NCBI GenBank assembly: GCA_951804945.1
Contig: OX638155.1
Location: forward strand, 5,642,001 to 5,706,000
Source of the DNA: Podarcis cretensis
Lineage: Eukaryota
DNA length: 64,000 bases
Direction of reading: 5' to 3'
Shown here: positions 24,501-37,849 of the stretch, one piece after another
How the letters are laid out: every line of letters starts with the position of its first letter
Position numbering within the stretch: position 1 is the stretch's first letter
Made by a program: the position numbers and the translations under genes
The notes under the pieces: model-generated
Databases searched by the model: none
The model's input: the letters and a program-made list of their open reading frames with translations, nothing else
What the model was told of the DNA's origin: nothing

Positions 24501-27480
24501 CCCACTCTTCTCAAATCCTAATTACAAGGTCTCCCATTTCTATTGTTGAAATGTTTTCCTTTGCACCAAATATTTATTGGGATTTCATTAAAGACAAGGG
24601 TTTAGAATACAGAATTTCTTTTCCATTCCATTAAGTTAAGTGGCACAAGTGTGCATTAGGAACTGATTTGAATGCTTCTCATCAAATACTGTTTCCTGTG
24701 AAGTTTAGCACAGTGTCCTGTAGTATAATTCATGTGTGTTAGTTAAACCAAGCCAAGTGGCTTTGCATCTTTCAAAGCCACTTAGCTTGCTATGCAGCGT
24801 TCGTAGCTCTGTGAACCAAGACTGTATATAACTAGTTAGAAATATCTGTACAGTATGCGTGCTATTTGCGACTAAATGGATTCTGAAAATAAATAGGATT
24901 GCAAAGTTGAATGTTATGTGCAGGTGAATTCAAGATAAGCAAGAGTGTATAAAGACATTGGTATTATCAAGATAACAACATTCATTATAAACAATAGTAT
25001 CCTTAAGTTTTTTAATGTGTATCCTCAGGCATTAGAAAAGGCAGAATCAGTAAGTCAAGGAATGTATTTGATATTGTGATTTTTGGTGTTGTAATATACA
25101 AATACAAACTCTTGAGCTGAAGAAAATTGCTCTTGATGTAGCCTGAGTCCAGAATCTCAAGGTGCTTCCACCCTGCAGGAGTTTTGTGGATGCTGCTAAT
25201 TGTTCTGCGCTCTCTGCCCAGACACTGTGCCAATCCCTGACCATCACTAGTCCAAGTGGACTAGAAGGGTGAGTTTAGGTTACATAGAAATCATAGCAAA
25301 GAACGGGAAATTGCATCCCCAAACAACTGCTATATAATAGTTGATTAGTGAGATGATAACTGTGGAAATAGATTTTTACTGCTTTGAAAGGAACCTGTAA
25401 ACTGTGATTCCCTGTGTACATGTGAGCCAAGCTCCTTCATGGAGTCAAGATGGATGTAAGATCCATGGAAATGTATCAGGCAGAAGTTGGAAATGCAGTT
25501 GTTGACGATTCCTACCCTCTCCAGGGCCTGTGACGCAGAGAGATATTTAGAATCAGAGAAAATAACATTCTTTGGTTAGTAGAACAAGCAGCAGTTCCAT
25601 CATCACTTACTTGTTAAGACTTTCTTTTCTGTTGATGTGAAGAGATCTGAACTTGCTTCTTTGGAAAACATTGACCGGGAATTAAGGAAGTTGAGCATTG
25701 CTTGGTCCTGAAAGCTCTATATTGGAGCAACACCTTACTTAGTATGGCAATTCCGTATATAGGGGGACTCCACCCGATGCAACTATACTCCAGCTGGGGC
25801 ATTATGTGACTATTAGGAAGTCACAGCTGTGGTGAAAAGGAGGCTTGCCTATAAAATAGAAGCTATAAGTTTAATGTTAAAATGAGGTGGACGTCTTTGC
25901 CATGGAACATATGGTGGTGCACATTTTTTATGTCCCCAAATACCCAAAAGATTGTACCTTGGTCAAAACAAACTTTGTCCATGCCAGAGAGCATGTCTCT
26001 GCACATAGCAAGCAGCTCACTCCAGAGGCAGTGGAGCAGCAGTGATTGCCAGTATTCCCAGATGCCTGCGTTTAAAGCCATGGGCCATGTTTCAAAACCA
26101 GGTTTTAGTCACAAATACTCCTCTGGACAGTGAAGACCAATCTAGCTAACAGAATAACAAACGCAATACGAACAACCTGTGATCATTGCCCTATATTATC
26201 TGCACAGTACTCCTGGAGAAGAACCATCACCGTAAATACATTCTGTCTGTTTCATTTCTACTGTGAAATCTCACACACGGGAGGTGCCCAGCTTCTCATC
26301 CTCACATGATGCCACTAGGAGCAAATCCAGGTGCTTCTAATGCACATAAGACAGAGGACACCACTTTTTCAACAGCAGTGTGCCTCATCTGCCTCTTCAC
26401 TGAAGTCCACCATGACAACATTCAGAAGGCATTGTCTACCTTTAGGGGAGAGAAAATACTTCTATTCATAGATTTCTTTCATCTTTTCCAGGAAGTCCAT
26501 GAATCTCCTTGACCTGACCCCTTCCCTAACTATTATCTTAGTTGTCTCCACTATGGAAGCTGTTTGTTGGGAACCTCAGGGACCAGGTTCTTGCTCATAA
26601 AACTCTTTTTAACCTTGCTCCTCCTAACCTTTGACTCCAGAGGCTTAAAAATTTCCTTTGTGATGTCATGGTTTATTCTGTTTTGTGCACTGGCTGCAAA
26701 ACTCCTGAAATTTAGGAAAGGAAATATGGAGAGACTCTTAGTATACTCCATTTGGAGAACAAAGGCCATAGTGGGAATGAGCTTTGAAGAGCTCTCCTGC
26801 ATCGGTTATTGAATGCCATTCATTTAAAGGAAATTCAGGCAGACAGTCAATGGGTCTTTTAACGTGATCTTATATCCAGCAAATGGCAGTATATCACTTA
26901 ATTGTGCAGCCACTGGTGTTTGTTGCATTCTGTTTTTTAAAAAATCTGCAAAATATGCAGTTTGCTGGTTTAGCTTATAACCCCAACCATTCCAAACAAA
27001 GAGTGTTCATTATTGAATTTAAATGCTTGTGACATTCATTAATGAATTCAAAAGCTTGTAATGACATAGGATTTATTGTTCATATAATTATCTTGGGAAA
27101 TCCAGTCACTGACAGCTGGCGAATGGGCTCCCAGCTCTTCTTCAACATTTGCACTGGCGCTTTAAGACCTCCCCCACACCATTGCTGGAACTGGGGAGGG
27201 GGAGAATGGGTGGTCCATTGCAAACAGCCAGGCGCTTCCTTGATTCCAGGAGCCCTGTATCTGCTCTGATGGACAACAAAGCTCCTCCCCTCTTGATTCC
27301 GATACAGACTAGGCACCGCCGCTGTTTTCTGTGGAAGAAAAACAGAGAAAAGATGCAGATGGTGCGCCGCTTTCTCATCCCTTGCGCGATCTAACCCGGG
27401 ATTCTGTGTTGTTTCCTTGGCTGTGCTGGAATCAGAGAGGACAGAGGTCCAGCAAAGGAAGAGGAAATTTTGGCGACATT

Positions 27481-29931
27481 ATGCTGTCTCTGGAAGAAAG
27501 ACTACTCCTGCCATGGCAAGTAAGAGCTTTGCTTTTGGTTTCTGTCTCTCTCCAGTGTGCTGGAGAGATGACCCAGCTCCGTTATTCAATTCCTGAGGAG
27601 TTAGCTCCTGGGGCCTTTGTTGGGGATGTGGCTAAAGACTTGGGTCTAGATGCTGCCCGGGTGGTCTCCCGACAGCTGCAGATCATGGCTGGCTCTGCTG
27701 AAAAGTACTTCAAAGCCAAGGTGCCAAATGGTGTCTTGGTCGTGAAAGAACGGCTGGACCGAGAGCAGCTTTGTGGGCCCAGCTTACACTGCCTGCTCTA
27801 TCTGGAGCTCCTACTTGCAAACCCAACAGCCTCCCATCGTGTGGAAGTTGAGCTCTTGGATGTGAATGACAACGACCCAGTTTTTCTTACCAGTCTCACC
27901 CATTTGGAGATAGCAGAGTCTGCAATGCCAGGGGCCCGCTTCCCCCTGGAAAGTGCTGAAGATTTGGACATTGGCATGAATTCAGTCAGCACCTACCAGC
28001 TGAGTCCACGTGGACAATTCAGCCTCAGTGTTAAGTCACATAAAGGCGGCAGCAAACCTGAGCTGGTGTTAGAGAAGGCACTGGATAGAGAACAACAGCA
28101 GCGCTACCCACTGGTGCTTACAGCCCTGGATGGAGGAGTTCCTGCTAAATCCGGGACAGCAAAGATTCTCGTGTCAGTCATAGACGCCAATGACAATCCA
28201 CCTGTCTTTAACCAGTCGGTGTACAAAGTTAGCCTTCTAGAAAATGCCCCAGTGGGGGCCCTTGTGATACATTTACAAGCTACAGACAACGATGAGGGGG
28301 CAAATGGGAAAGTTTCCTACTCCTTCAGCAGCCACACTCCACAGAAAATCCGGAAAATGTTCAGCCTTAATGAGGAGACTGGGGAGATAAGAGTACTGGG
28401 AAGTGTGGATTATGAAGATGACACATTGTATGAAATTGATGTGAGGGCCAAAGACCAAGGGTCACCTTCCATGGATGCACACTGCAACATCTTAGTGGAG
28501 GTAGTGGATGTGAATGACAATGAGCCTATCATTAGGTTCACTTCCCTCACCACCACCATACCAGAAGATGCTCCCCCAGGTACCACAGCAGGGCTCCTCA
28601 GAGTCAGTGATGCAGATTCTGGGGGAAATGGAGAAGTACAGCTTCATCTCCCTGCAGATGTCCCCTTCCAGATTGTACCTTCCTTTAAGAACCACTACTC
28701 TTTGATCACCAGTGGCCCCCTAGATCGGGAGGAAATCTCACAGTACAAAGTTATGATCACAGCTACGGATTCTGGTTCTCCACCTCTCTCCAGTCAAAGA
28801 AACTTCCTTATAAATATATCTGACCTGAACGATAACCCACCCCACTTCTCACAGCCTGCATATGAGACCCTCGTAACTGAGAACAATGCTCTGGGGCTGC
28901 CAATCATTTCTATATCTGCCTTTGACCCTGATCTGGGGCAGAACTCACACCTGTCTTATTCGTTAGTGGAGCATATCATAAATGGAATGCCCATTTCCTC
29001 CTATGTCTATGTTATGGAGAACGGTACTATCTACAGTGGCTGCTCATTTGACTATGAGCAAACCCAGCAACTGGTTTTCCAGATTCAAGCTAAGGATAAT
29101 GGTTCTCCTCCACTCTGTGCCAACGTGACTGTCTCCATCTTCATCATAGACCAGAATGATAATGCTCCTCTCGTTGTATACCCTGTAACCAAGAAGGGGG
29201 TCCTAGCCCAGCAGCCAGTCCCTTTTTCTGCACAAGGAGGTTACCTGGTAACCAAAGTCACAGCTGTGGATGCAGACTCTGGGCAGAATGCATGGGTTTC
29301 TTATAAGTTGCAACAAGCCACAGACCCAAGCCTTTTCCAAGTCTCGGCGTTCACAGGAGAGATCCGAACCGTCCGAGCCCTCCTGAAACAAGACGCCCCT
29401 TCCCAAGAGTTGGTTGTTGAGATCTTGGACAATGGGAAGCCACCTCTGTCTGCCACAGCCACTCTGATTCTTAATCTAGAGCATGAGCATGAGTTGGGCA
29501 CAGCAGACCTCAGAGAGTCCAGCATGGAACAAGAAGGGCTATCTCACCTGACCTTGCAACTCATTATTGCTCTAATCACAATCTCAGGACTTTCTGCTCT
29601 AGCCTTTGTGTTTTTAGCTATGAAGTGTCTTAAAAGATTGAAAGGAAGACACTCAGATGTGGGTTGGACCAGCGACCTGAAGGGTAGGAACTCTATTCCT
29701 GTGGGAGGACACTTTGACACGTTCTCAGTACGCTTGAGCCAGGAGGAAAAAATGGAATTCCCTACAGCCTTCATTGGGGGAGATGTTGTTTCTCCTTTTA
29801 CCCTCCTAAGGCCTGGCCAGACCCACTTTTCAGTAGGGAGGAATTTCAGGATAGCTACACCAGTCACTCAGCAGGATATCAACAGCACAGGCACACTTCT
29901 GGCCTGCAGCCTTTCCCAAGAGCCAAACGAG
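27481..29931 (+). CDS. PCDHGC4: Protocadherin gamma C-type variable exon, gammaC4-like (positional and partial sequence match)
   Basis: Six EC repeats and a TM, lying between C3 and C5. C4-like segments: FSSHTPQKIRKMFSL, SFDYEQTQQL, NAWVSY, DLRESS..EG.S.LTL. Phase-0 donor GAG|GTGAGG at 29931/29932. The CDS is secure; the symbol is tentative. Confidence 0.8.
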
Positions 29932-31459
29932 GTGAGGCATGAAATACTGTTCTATAACTATGTCGTGTAGCACCCTGTGATTCTGTAACAATCTCCAGAG
30001 ATAAGGTCACAGATGCAATGGCAATGTCAGGCAGCATTTGTGTTAAGGTGGTCAGTTTGTAAATTAAAAAGCATTTTGTTGGATTTGAGATTCTTCAAGG
30101 AGATAGGCTATTTTAGAAGAAGCTTGGGAAGATTAGCAGTTGTTCACCCTGTGGATATTTGGCAAGAAGTAATGCTTTTAAACTACTGGTACTTAGATTT
30201 AGGTTAACAAGCAGCAAAAAGTTTCTAACCGAAAAATAAATCCAGCAGTTAAATGATTTTCCAGGGGAGGTTGTCAAATATTTGTTTTTCTGATGTTTTT
30301 GAAAGCTTGGTGGAAAGAGGGGAAAGAAAAAGTGCTAAGGATCATAAGTCGGGAGTGCATCAAGAATGAGGCACCCCATCTTAAGAAAAATGGTCCACTC
30401 ACTGAGTCCATCACAGTTCTGTGAATCTGTACTTGGGTGTCGCATTATTGGAAAGTGCCTTAACACCACAGCTTAAAAACTACTTGGTATGTGGGTCCCT
30501 GACATTCAAAGCCACACCATGGTCTTTGGGTTACAATGGTTCTACTTAGAAATACTGCTGCATTGATTGTGGTGTTCTAATTTTGGAAAGGCCAATGAAT
30601 AGAGCTGGGAGGCCTTAAGCAATTTTGAAGATTGTGCATTCTTCACAGTGTGGTGGAGGTTCCCATGTCTGCATTTGAAAATGAACATTCTGAAAGGGTC
30701 TGTTTTGCCTTGGTAATGACTAAGAGTTTTAAATGCATTTATTGAAGCTGCGTTGCAAAATGCTAAAGCACTTTCTGTGAGAGTTTCTCCCTATCTTTCC
30801 TCTTTTCGACTGTAACAAATACCTTTTTCACTGCAAGTGAAAAATCAGACCAGTTGTTCGCCAGAGAGACTATGATTCTGTATCCCCTACAGCTGAGAGT
30901 TTGTCTTTTGTTCAGATGAGATGGAATGAATCTAGCTAATGTGAACAATGAGGATTTGTACCGTTCATGCTTCCCGGACGTGCTGTTTCCTTGAGAACAA
31001 GAATCTGAGCTGCTAAACTTAGCTGCCAAAACCAGTGGCAAACCAGCCTCTTGGTTACATTTAGGGTTGAGGTATGGGGGTGATCAGTCCTGGTCTCCCA
31101 ACTTCATGTGCTGCAGCAGCTTTAAGAGTGGAGGTGGACTTGTCACTGGTGGAGAGTGGATGGAGCTGTCATCTAGTCAGGTGCTGATCCAGATTTTGGG
31201 GGGAGGGGGGACCAGCTCTTTCTGCCTTGACTTTCCTCCTCCGTCGCTATGGCTGTAATTCAGCTTCCCTCCCCTAATCCACCCCCTCAACTCTCTGACT
31301 AACATTCTGTTGCTGCAGCTAGGCAAGCTCAAAAGCTACTTTAACTCATTTGGAAGGAAATACCGAGGGATTTAAAAAACAGCATTCGTCCAGGTCCTGG
31401 AGCCTCCTTATCCCTGGGATATCACAAAGACTCCTTCTGGAGGGGGACTTTTTTCTGAA

Positions 31460-33910
31460 ATGGAGCCACATTTGTCCCGGCAACCCTCTTTCAAATGGCA
31501 AGTACTGGGTTTGTTTTTCCTGTTCAGCCGGGCGTTGGTTACAGGACAGATCCACTATTCCGTGGTGGAGGAATCGGAGCTGGGCACCGTGGTGGGAAAG
31601 GTGGCTCAGGACTTGGGCTTAACGGTGGCAGACCTTTCCCGTCGCAGGCTGAGGCTGGGCTCTGAGGAGAGCAAGAGGTACTTTGCAGTTAACTTGGCCA
31701 ACGGTGCTCTGATAGTGAATGAAAAGATAGACCGAGAGACCCTGTGTGGAGCAAGCTCGGGGTGCATTTTGCCAGTCCAAGTAGTCATAGAAAATCCCTT
31801 GGAGCTCTTTCACCTGGAGGTAGAGATCCTGGACTTAAATGACAATTCCCCCGGTTTCCTCACCCCCAAGCTTGTGCTGAGGATAGCAGAGTCTGCCGCC
31901 ACAGGGTCTCGCTTTCCACTGGAGAGCGCTCATGATGCGGACGTGGGGACCAATGCAGTCAGTGTCTACCGACTCAGCCCCAACCCCCACTTCTCACTTA
32001 ATGTAAAGAATGTGAACGATGGCAAGCTTTTACCTGAGCTGGTGCTAGAGCAACCTTTGGACCGAGAGCAACAATCGGAACACCAGCTCATCCTGACTGC
32101 CTGTGATGGGGGGGATCCTGTACTGTCAGGAACAGCTCTGATCACCATTGTGGTCCTGGATAATAATGATAATGAGCCTGCATTTGACCTTCCTTTGTAC
32201 AAAATAAGATTTTTGGAGAACATCCCTGTAGGCTCTTTGCTTTTCAGACTTAATGCAACTGACCCTGATGCAGGTTCTAATGGGGAAATACAGTATTCCT
32301 TTGGAATCCACACACCTGATTCCATCCAGAAGTTGTTTGGCTTGGATCCCCACACAGGTGAGATCCGTGTCCAAGGAGTTGTGGATTTCGAAGAATCTCA
32401 TTTTTATGAGCTTCATGTAAGGGCCAGGGACAAGGGCATTCCTCAAATGGAAGGCCATTGTGTAATCCAAATGGAAGTTGAAGATGAGAACGACCACCCC
32501 CCAGAGGTTCTCCTTACCTCTCTGGTAAACCCCGTGCCAGAAAACACCCCTTTAGAGACAGTGGTAGGGCTTTTCAATGTGCGAGACCAAGATTCAGGTG
32601 CCAATGGAAAGGTGAGCTTACAAATATCACCCAACTTGCCCTTTAAAATTAAATCTTTTGAAAACCACTATTCTTTGATTACCTCTGAGAAGCTGGATAG
32701 AGAAACAGTTTCTCGATACACTATCAAGTTGACGGCCCAAGATTCAGGGTCCCCACCTCTAACCACAGATGTCACCATCTTGCTGAACATTTCAGATGTT
32801 AATGACAATGCCCCGTACTTCTCTCAGCCCTTCTATAACTCCTTCTTGAAGGAGAACAATCCACCTGGCTCTCTCCTATGCACTGTGGCGGCCTCTGATC
32901 CTGACGAGGGGGACAATTCCCGGCTCACGTACTCAGTGGCAGGAAGCCCAATTCAAGATGCTCCAGTCTCTTCTTTCATTTACGTCAACCCAGACAATGG
33001 GAATGTCTATGCCCAGCACTCTTTTGACTATGAAATGCTGCAGGTGCTGCAAATCCCCATCATGGTGCATGATGCTGGGTCACCCCAACTGAGCTCCAGT
33101 GTCACTGTCTACCTCTTCATAATGGATCAGAATGATAACACGCCTGTTGTTTTGCACCCAGTGACTGGTCAGGAACTGTCTGCAATCCAGAGGATCCCTC
33201 AGTCTGCATCGGCAGGCTACGTGGTCACCAAAGTCACTGCCGTGGATGCAGACTCGGGCCACAATGCCTGGCTTTCTTACTCCTTGCTTTCCCAGTCTAC
33301 TGACCCCTCCTTGTTCCGAGTGGCTCCCTACACTGGGGAAATTTGGACTGTTCGGGAGTTCCAGGAAACAGATCTCCCGGCACAGAAAATCCTTGTACTA
33401 GTGAAGGACAATGGAGAACCACCTTTGTCTACCACCGTCACCATCGTGGTCTCATTGGAGGATAAAGTAACTGAGGAAAGGCCCCAGTCTCATGATTTCC
33501 TGACTCACCCTAAAGAAAAATCTGACCTGACCCTCTATCTGATTATTGCGCTGGTGGCAGTTAGCATTGTGTCCCTCGTTACGTTCATAATCCTGTCTGC
33601 AAAATGCTTTCGGAATAAAAAAGCCAGGGGTTCTTCTTGCTGCAGCCTGAGTGGTGCTCCTGCCAGGGATGTTTTCAAACAATCCAGCCCTAAGCTTCAA
33701 CTGAACTCAGATGGCACATTGAAATACATGGAGGTCACACTCAGGCCCACAGACTCCCAGAGCCAGTGCTATAGAGCCAGCTATTCTCCCGGCTCGGACA
33801 GAAGTGATTTCACCTTTATGAGGCCTGTGGATTACCCTCAACCAAGTACTCTGACGAGAGACTTTGACACTTTCTTATCTCGTACTGATACACTGAACCA
33901 TCACAGGCAG
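31460..33910 (+). CDS. PCDHGC5: Protocadherin gamma-C5 variable exon
   Basis: KWQVL signal, YSVVEESE.GT.VG.VAQDLGL, LCGASSGCILPVQVV, MEGHCVIQ, VVGLFNVRD, SDLTLYLI, KQSSPKLQLNSDGTLKYMEVTLRPTDSQSQCY all match mammalian gammaC5. Donor CAG|GTGAGG at 33910/33911. Confidence 0.95.
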
Positions 33911-34732
33911 GTGAGGTGGCATTTTGTCCTTTTTCTCCTTTCCCACATGAATCTGGTGTCTCCAGTAACACTTTGAAACTTGACTGAGGGCTGATTCATC
34001 AGTTATCAGAATAGGGTGGGGCCTCCTTCTTCATAATTTAACCCTGCAGCACATAGTCAGAACGCCTTGGGAAAGAGAGAGCAGGAGAGTGGGGAAAATT
34101 ACATTGATTTCTTCCCAAAAATTGCTGCCTTTTAATGAGAGAAAGTGGGTAGGGGAGCAGGGACTGGAACTAGGATGTGAACAATAAGAAAATGATAATT
34201 TAAAATCATCCCTCAAATGCTGCCTGTCACAAAGTTAGCTTTTTGTATTTTTGCAACTGCTAAGTCTCTCTCCCCCCCCCCCATACAATTAGATTTCTTT
34301 CTCTAAGAAAAACCAATCACTCCCCTGAGTTTTTACATTGGAAGGGTGGAGTCTAAGGCTTCTGAAATACCGGTAAATAAAGCTAGATATTAATTTGGTA
34401 GCCTAGAAATACCTAAAAGAGATTGATCTGGAAGCTTAGGGTGGGGTAAGAGGAACTATTGTTTCCTAGAATTCATTGAATTATCTTTGCTCATAAAAAT
34501 GACAAATCAGCTGTTCTGTTGTGGATGTAATACGTGAGGAGTCAGTGTGCTTTTCGAGCAAACATTTCTTTGCAGCGTATGCTTCTAAGAGTCCTATAGC
34601 TAGCACAGAAGCCAAAACCAGACAAGATTTTGGGCTTTGTTTTCCATTGTCTGCCGTTTAGCCTGGTGTCTCTAGGTTAAAAACAGCAGGTTACGCGGTC
34701 CTTTTTCACACAGTAGCAACTTCCAGACTTGG

Positions 34733-34803
34733 ATTGGTGCGTGTGTTGCTGTCCTGGGAAGGAGGCTGCTGATTGGATAAATAGAAAGGCAGTCTCAGCC
34801 AAT
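34733..34803. promoter_or_regulatory. Three CCAAT boxes upstream of extra C-type exon 1
   Basis: ATTGG 34733-37, ATTGG 34772-76, CCAAT 34799-803, located 240-310 bp upstream of ATG 35043. Confidence 0.5.
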
Positions 34804-35042
34804 GAGCAGGAGGTTAGCATTGAAGATCTGCGGTGTGTACCACTCCCCTCCTGTGTCAATCTCTCTCAAACCAAAACAATGAATGAGAGAGGTAAACACT
34901 GACCACAGACCCTTTTCCTCTCATATATTTCATATTTCTTCGAGATAGGTGGTGAATCCTCCAGAGGTTTAAAGAGATACTGCCTGCTATATTTAGCTCC
35001 TGTTTTGCAGTTTTAGAGCTTCCTGCTGTGGATTTCAGAAAG

Positions 35043-37481
35043 ATGCTCAGAACAGAAAACTCTGCCTGGCGTTTGGGACTCGTGCATGCCTTTGCCTTCT
35101 GTCTGTTTCTGAGTGACTGTTTTGCACAGATCCGTTACTCTGTCCCAGAGGAACTCACTCGAGGAGCCTTTGTAGGAAATGTTGCTAAGGACTTAGGAAT
35201 GGATGTGACAAAGCTTGCAGCTGCCAATCTGCAGGTGCTTTCTGATTCTGACTCCCAGTATTTCTCTGTGAATGTGAACACTGGAATCATAATAGTCAAT
35301 GACAGAATAGACAGGGAGCAGCTCTGTGGGCAGAACCTGCGCTGTTTCTTGCATCTCAAACTTGCTATTGAAAACCCAGTGGAGTTCTATCGCATCGAAG
35401 TGGAGATTCTGGATATCAACGACAATGCGCCTGTGTTCTCAAGTAGCACAATATCTCTGCAGATCTATGAACTGGCTGCACTGGGTGCCCGTTTCCCCAT
35501 CCCACACGCACAGGATTCAGATGTAGGAACTAACACTTTACAGACCTACCACCTCAGCGCCAATGAGAACTTCAACCTCAACGTGAAGGCACGTACAGAT
35601 GGCACCAAATTCCCAGAGCTAGTACTGGAGAAACCCCTGGACAGGGAGCACATCGCTGTCCACCACTTGGTCCTGACAGCTGAAGATGGGGGCATATCAC
35701 CCAAATCTAGCGCTATTCGAATTGCTGTCCACATTCTGGATGCCAATGATAATCATCCGGTTTTTGACAAACCTACTTATTATACCCGCTTAGTAGAAAA
35801 CTCTCCTCCAGGAACTCTGGTGATTAAGCTGAACGCAACAGACTTGGATGAAGGGCCTAACGGAGAGGTGCAGTATTCCCTCAGCAGCCATAACTCAGAA
35901 GCCTTGCGCAGGATATTTGCTATCAATGAGACTACGGGAGAGATCCGTGTCCAAGGGAATCTGGATTTTGAAGAGGCTAATGTCTATGAGATCGAAGTGG
36001 AGGCTAAGGACATGGGCTCCCCTACTATGGAGGAACACTGCAGTGTTATGGTAGAAGTCACGGATGTCAACGACAATGCACCTGAAGTTATTCTCACCTC
36101 TTTCTCCAGCTCTATGGGTGAAGATGCGCCTCCTGGCACTGTGGTTGCTGTGATACATGTCAAGGATAGAGACTCTGGGGATCAAGGGAAAGTCCGGTGT
36201 GATCTGCCCAGAAACCTTCCTTTCAAACTTCGGAAAGACTTTGAGCACCAGTATTCCTTGCTCACCAGTGAGCAGCTAGATCGTGAGAGCACTCCGCAAT
36301 ACAACGTCACCATCTATGCCTTTGACTTGGGGAATCCACCTCTTTCTGAGCACACCTCTTTCTCCATAACTCTGGCAGATGTCAATGACAACCCACCTCA
36401 TTTTGACAGGCCATTTTATGAAGCCGTCATAGAAGAGAACAATCCAGTGGGGGTGGTACTGCTTAGAGTTTCTGCAACAGATTCTGATAAGGACCAGAAC
36501 TCCCGTTTGTCTTATTCTGTTTTGGCGAGCCCAGGGCAAGGATTGATTGAGGACCTCACCTCTTATGTCTCCATCAACCCAACAAATGGAGATGTCTTTG
36601 CAGAGAGCCCTTTTGATTACGAGCATACAAATCATTTTCAGTTCCTGGTGGAGGCATGTGATGGTGGCTCCCCTCCTCTCTGCAGCAGAATCATGGTGCA
36701 CATCTACCTCCTAGATCAGAATGACAATGCACCCTGGATTCGATTCCCCTTTACTGGGAAAGATTCTGTTGTACAGTTCAGAATTCCACGATCTACTGCA
36801 GCCAATGCCTTAATCACAAAAATTATGGCAGTGGACTTGGACTCTGGGCGAAATGCTTGGCTCTCTTACCATGTAGAGCAAGCCACAGACCCTGGTATTT
36901 TCAGCATGGCCCTCCGTAGCGGGGAGGTGAGGACTACACGAGCATTACAGGACATAGACAATCCTACCCAGGACCTTGTCCTGGTTGTCAAAGACTCAGG
37001 TGATCCTTCCTTGTCCACCTCAGTCACTGTGATGGTGCTCTTGGAGGAGAGCAGCCCTGAAACCTTTCTGGGGTTAACAGCTCACTCAGTGGAAACTGAG
37101 GGACCTCCCACATTGACTGTGTACCTTATCATCTCCTTGGCAGCAATTTCCACCATCTCGCTGATGGCTTTGGTGGCCTTGGGAGTCCGATGCCTCCGCC
37201 GTGATTCACGTGCAACATCTACCATCTTTGGATGCTGTGGAAGCAAAGCTGGTGGGCTTCAAGATGCTTCAGATCACGTGATGGGACATTGCCATTATCA
37301 GCTGAGCCCTGGAGATGCCATGATAGGAGTGCAAGTGGCCACTTCTGGACCCCCTGCCCGCGGATACAGATCCTGCTTTTCTCCTGTCTCAGACATTAGC
37401 GAATTTGTATTCATGAAACCTAATCTGACACTTAGGACAGCCTCTTGCAGCAATCTCACTGAACCCAGCTTCTTTGGCAAG
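35043..37481 (+). CDS. Additional protocadherin gamma C-type variable exon (extra 1, downstream of gammaC5)
   Basis: Intact 813-codon frame: signal (..FAFCLFLSDCFA|QIRYSVPEE), six EC repeats, TM, and VCD motif YRSCFSPVSDISEFVFMKP. Phase-0 donor AAG|GTGAGA at 37481/37482. Confidence 0.93.
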
Positions 37482-37849
37482 GTGAGAATTTTCCATGTAG
37501 TGTCCCTATTTTGTTCCAGCCATGGCGCCACCTTCCTTTTCTTTTGAGTTTCCCTGCACCTAGGAGAAGTGCCTGGGGTGGGGAGGAGGAATCAGTGCGT
37601 GGTTTCAAGCATAGGCTGTGATACATTGCACCTATCTGCTCCAAAGCTTTGTGTGCCTAATTTTCCTCTCTTTCTTTATGAGCGGGGGGGGGGGGAGGGG
37701 GGAGGGGATTGAAGTGAAGAGGTTGCAGGAGGGTAGAGTAGCCCCCTCCCCCCTCCTGGAGTTACAGCTGCCGTCAGCAGCTCGCCCTGTCTGCGTTCTG
37801 CACCTTCGATTCCTGCTTTTCCACCAAAGGGGCATCAAGGGAGCTCTTC

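Noticed and set aside
25600-26830. Cluster of short ORFs between gammaC3 and the C4-like exon, considered as a processed pseudogene or a decayed C-type exon
   Set aside because: No cadherin motifs or recognisable protein similarity in the ORF translations or the stretches read manually.
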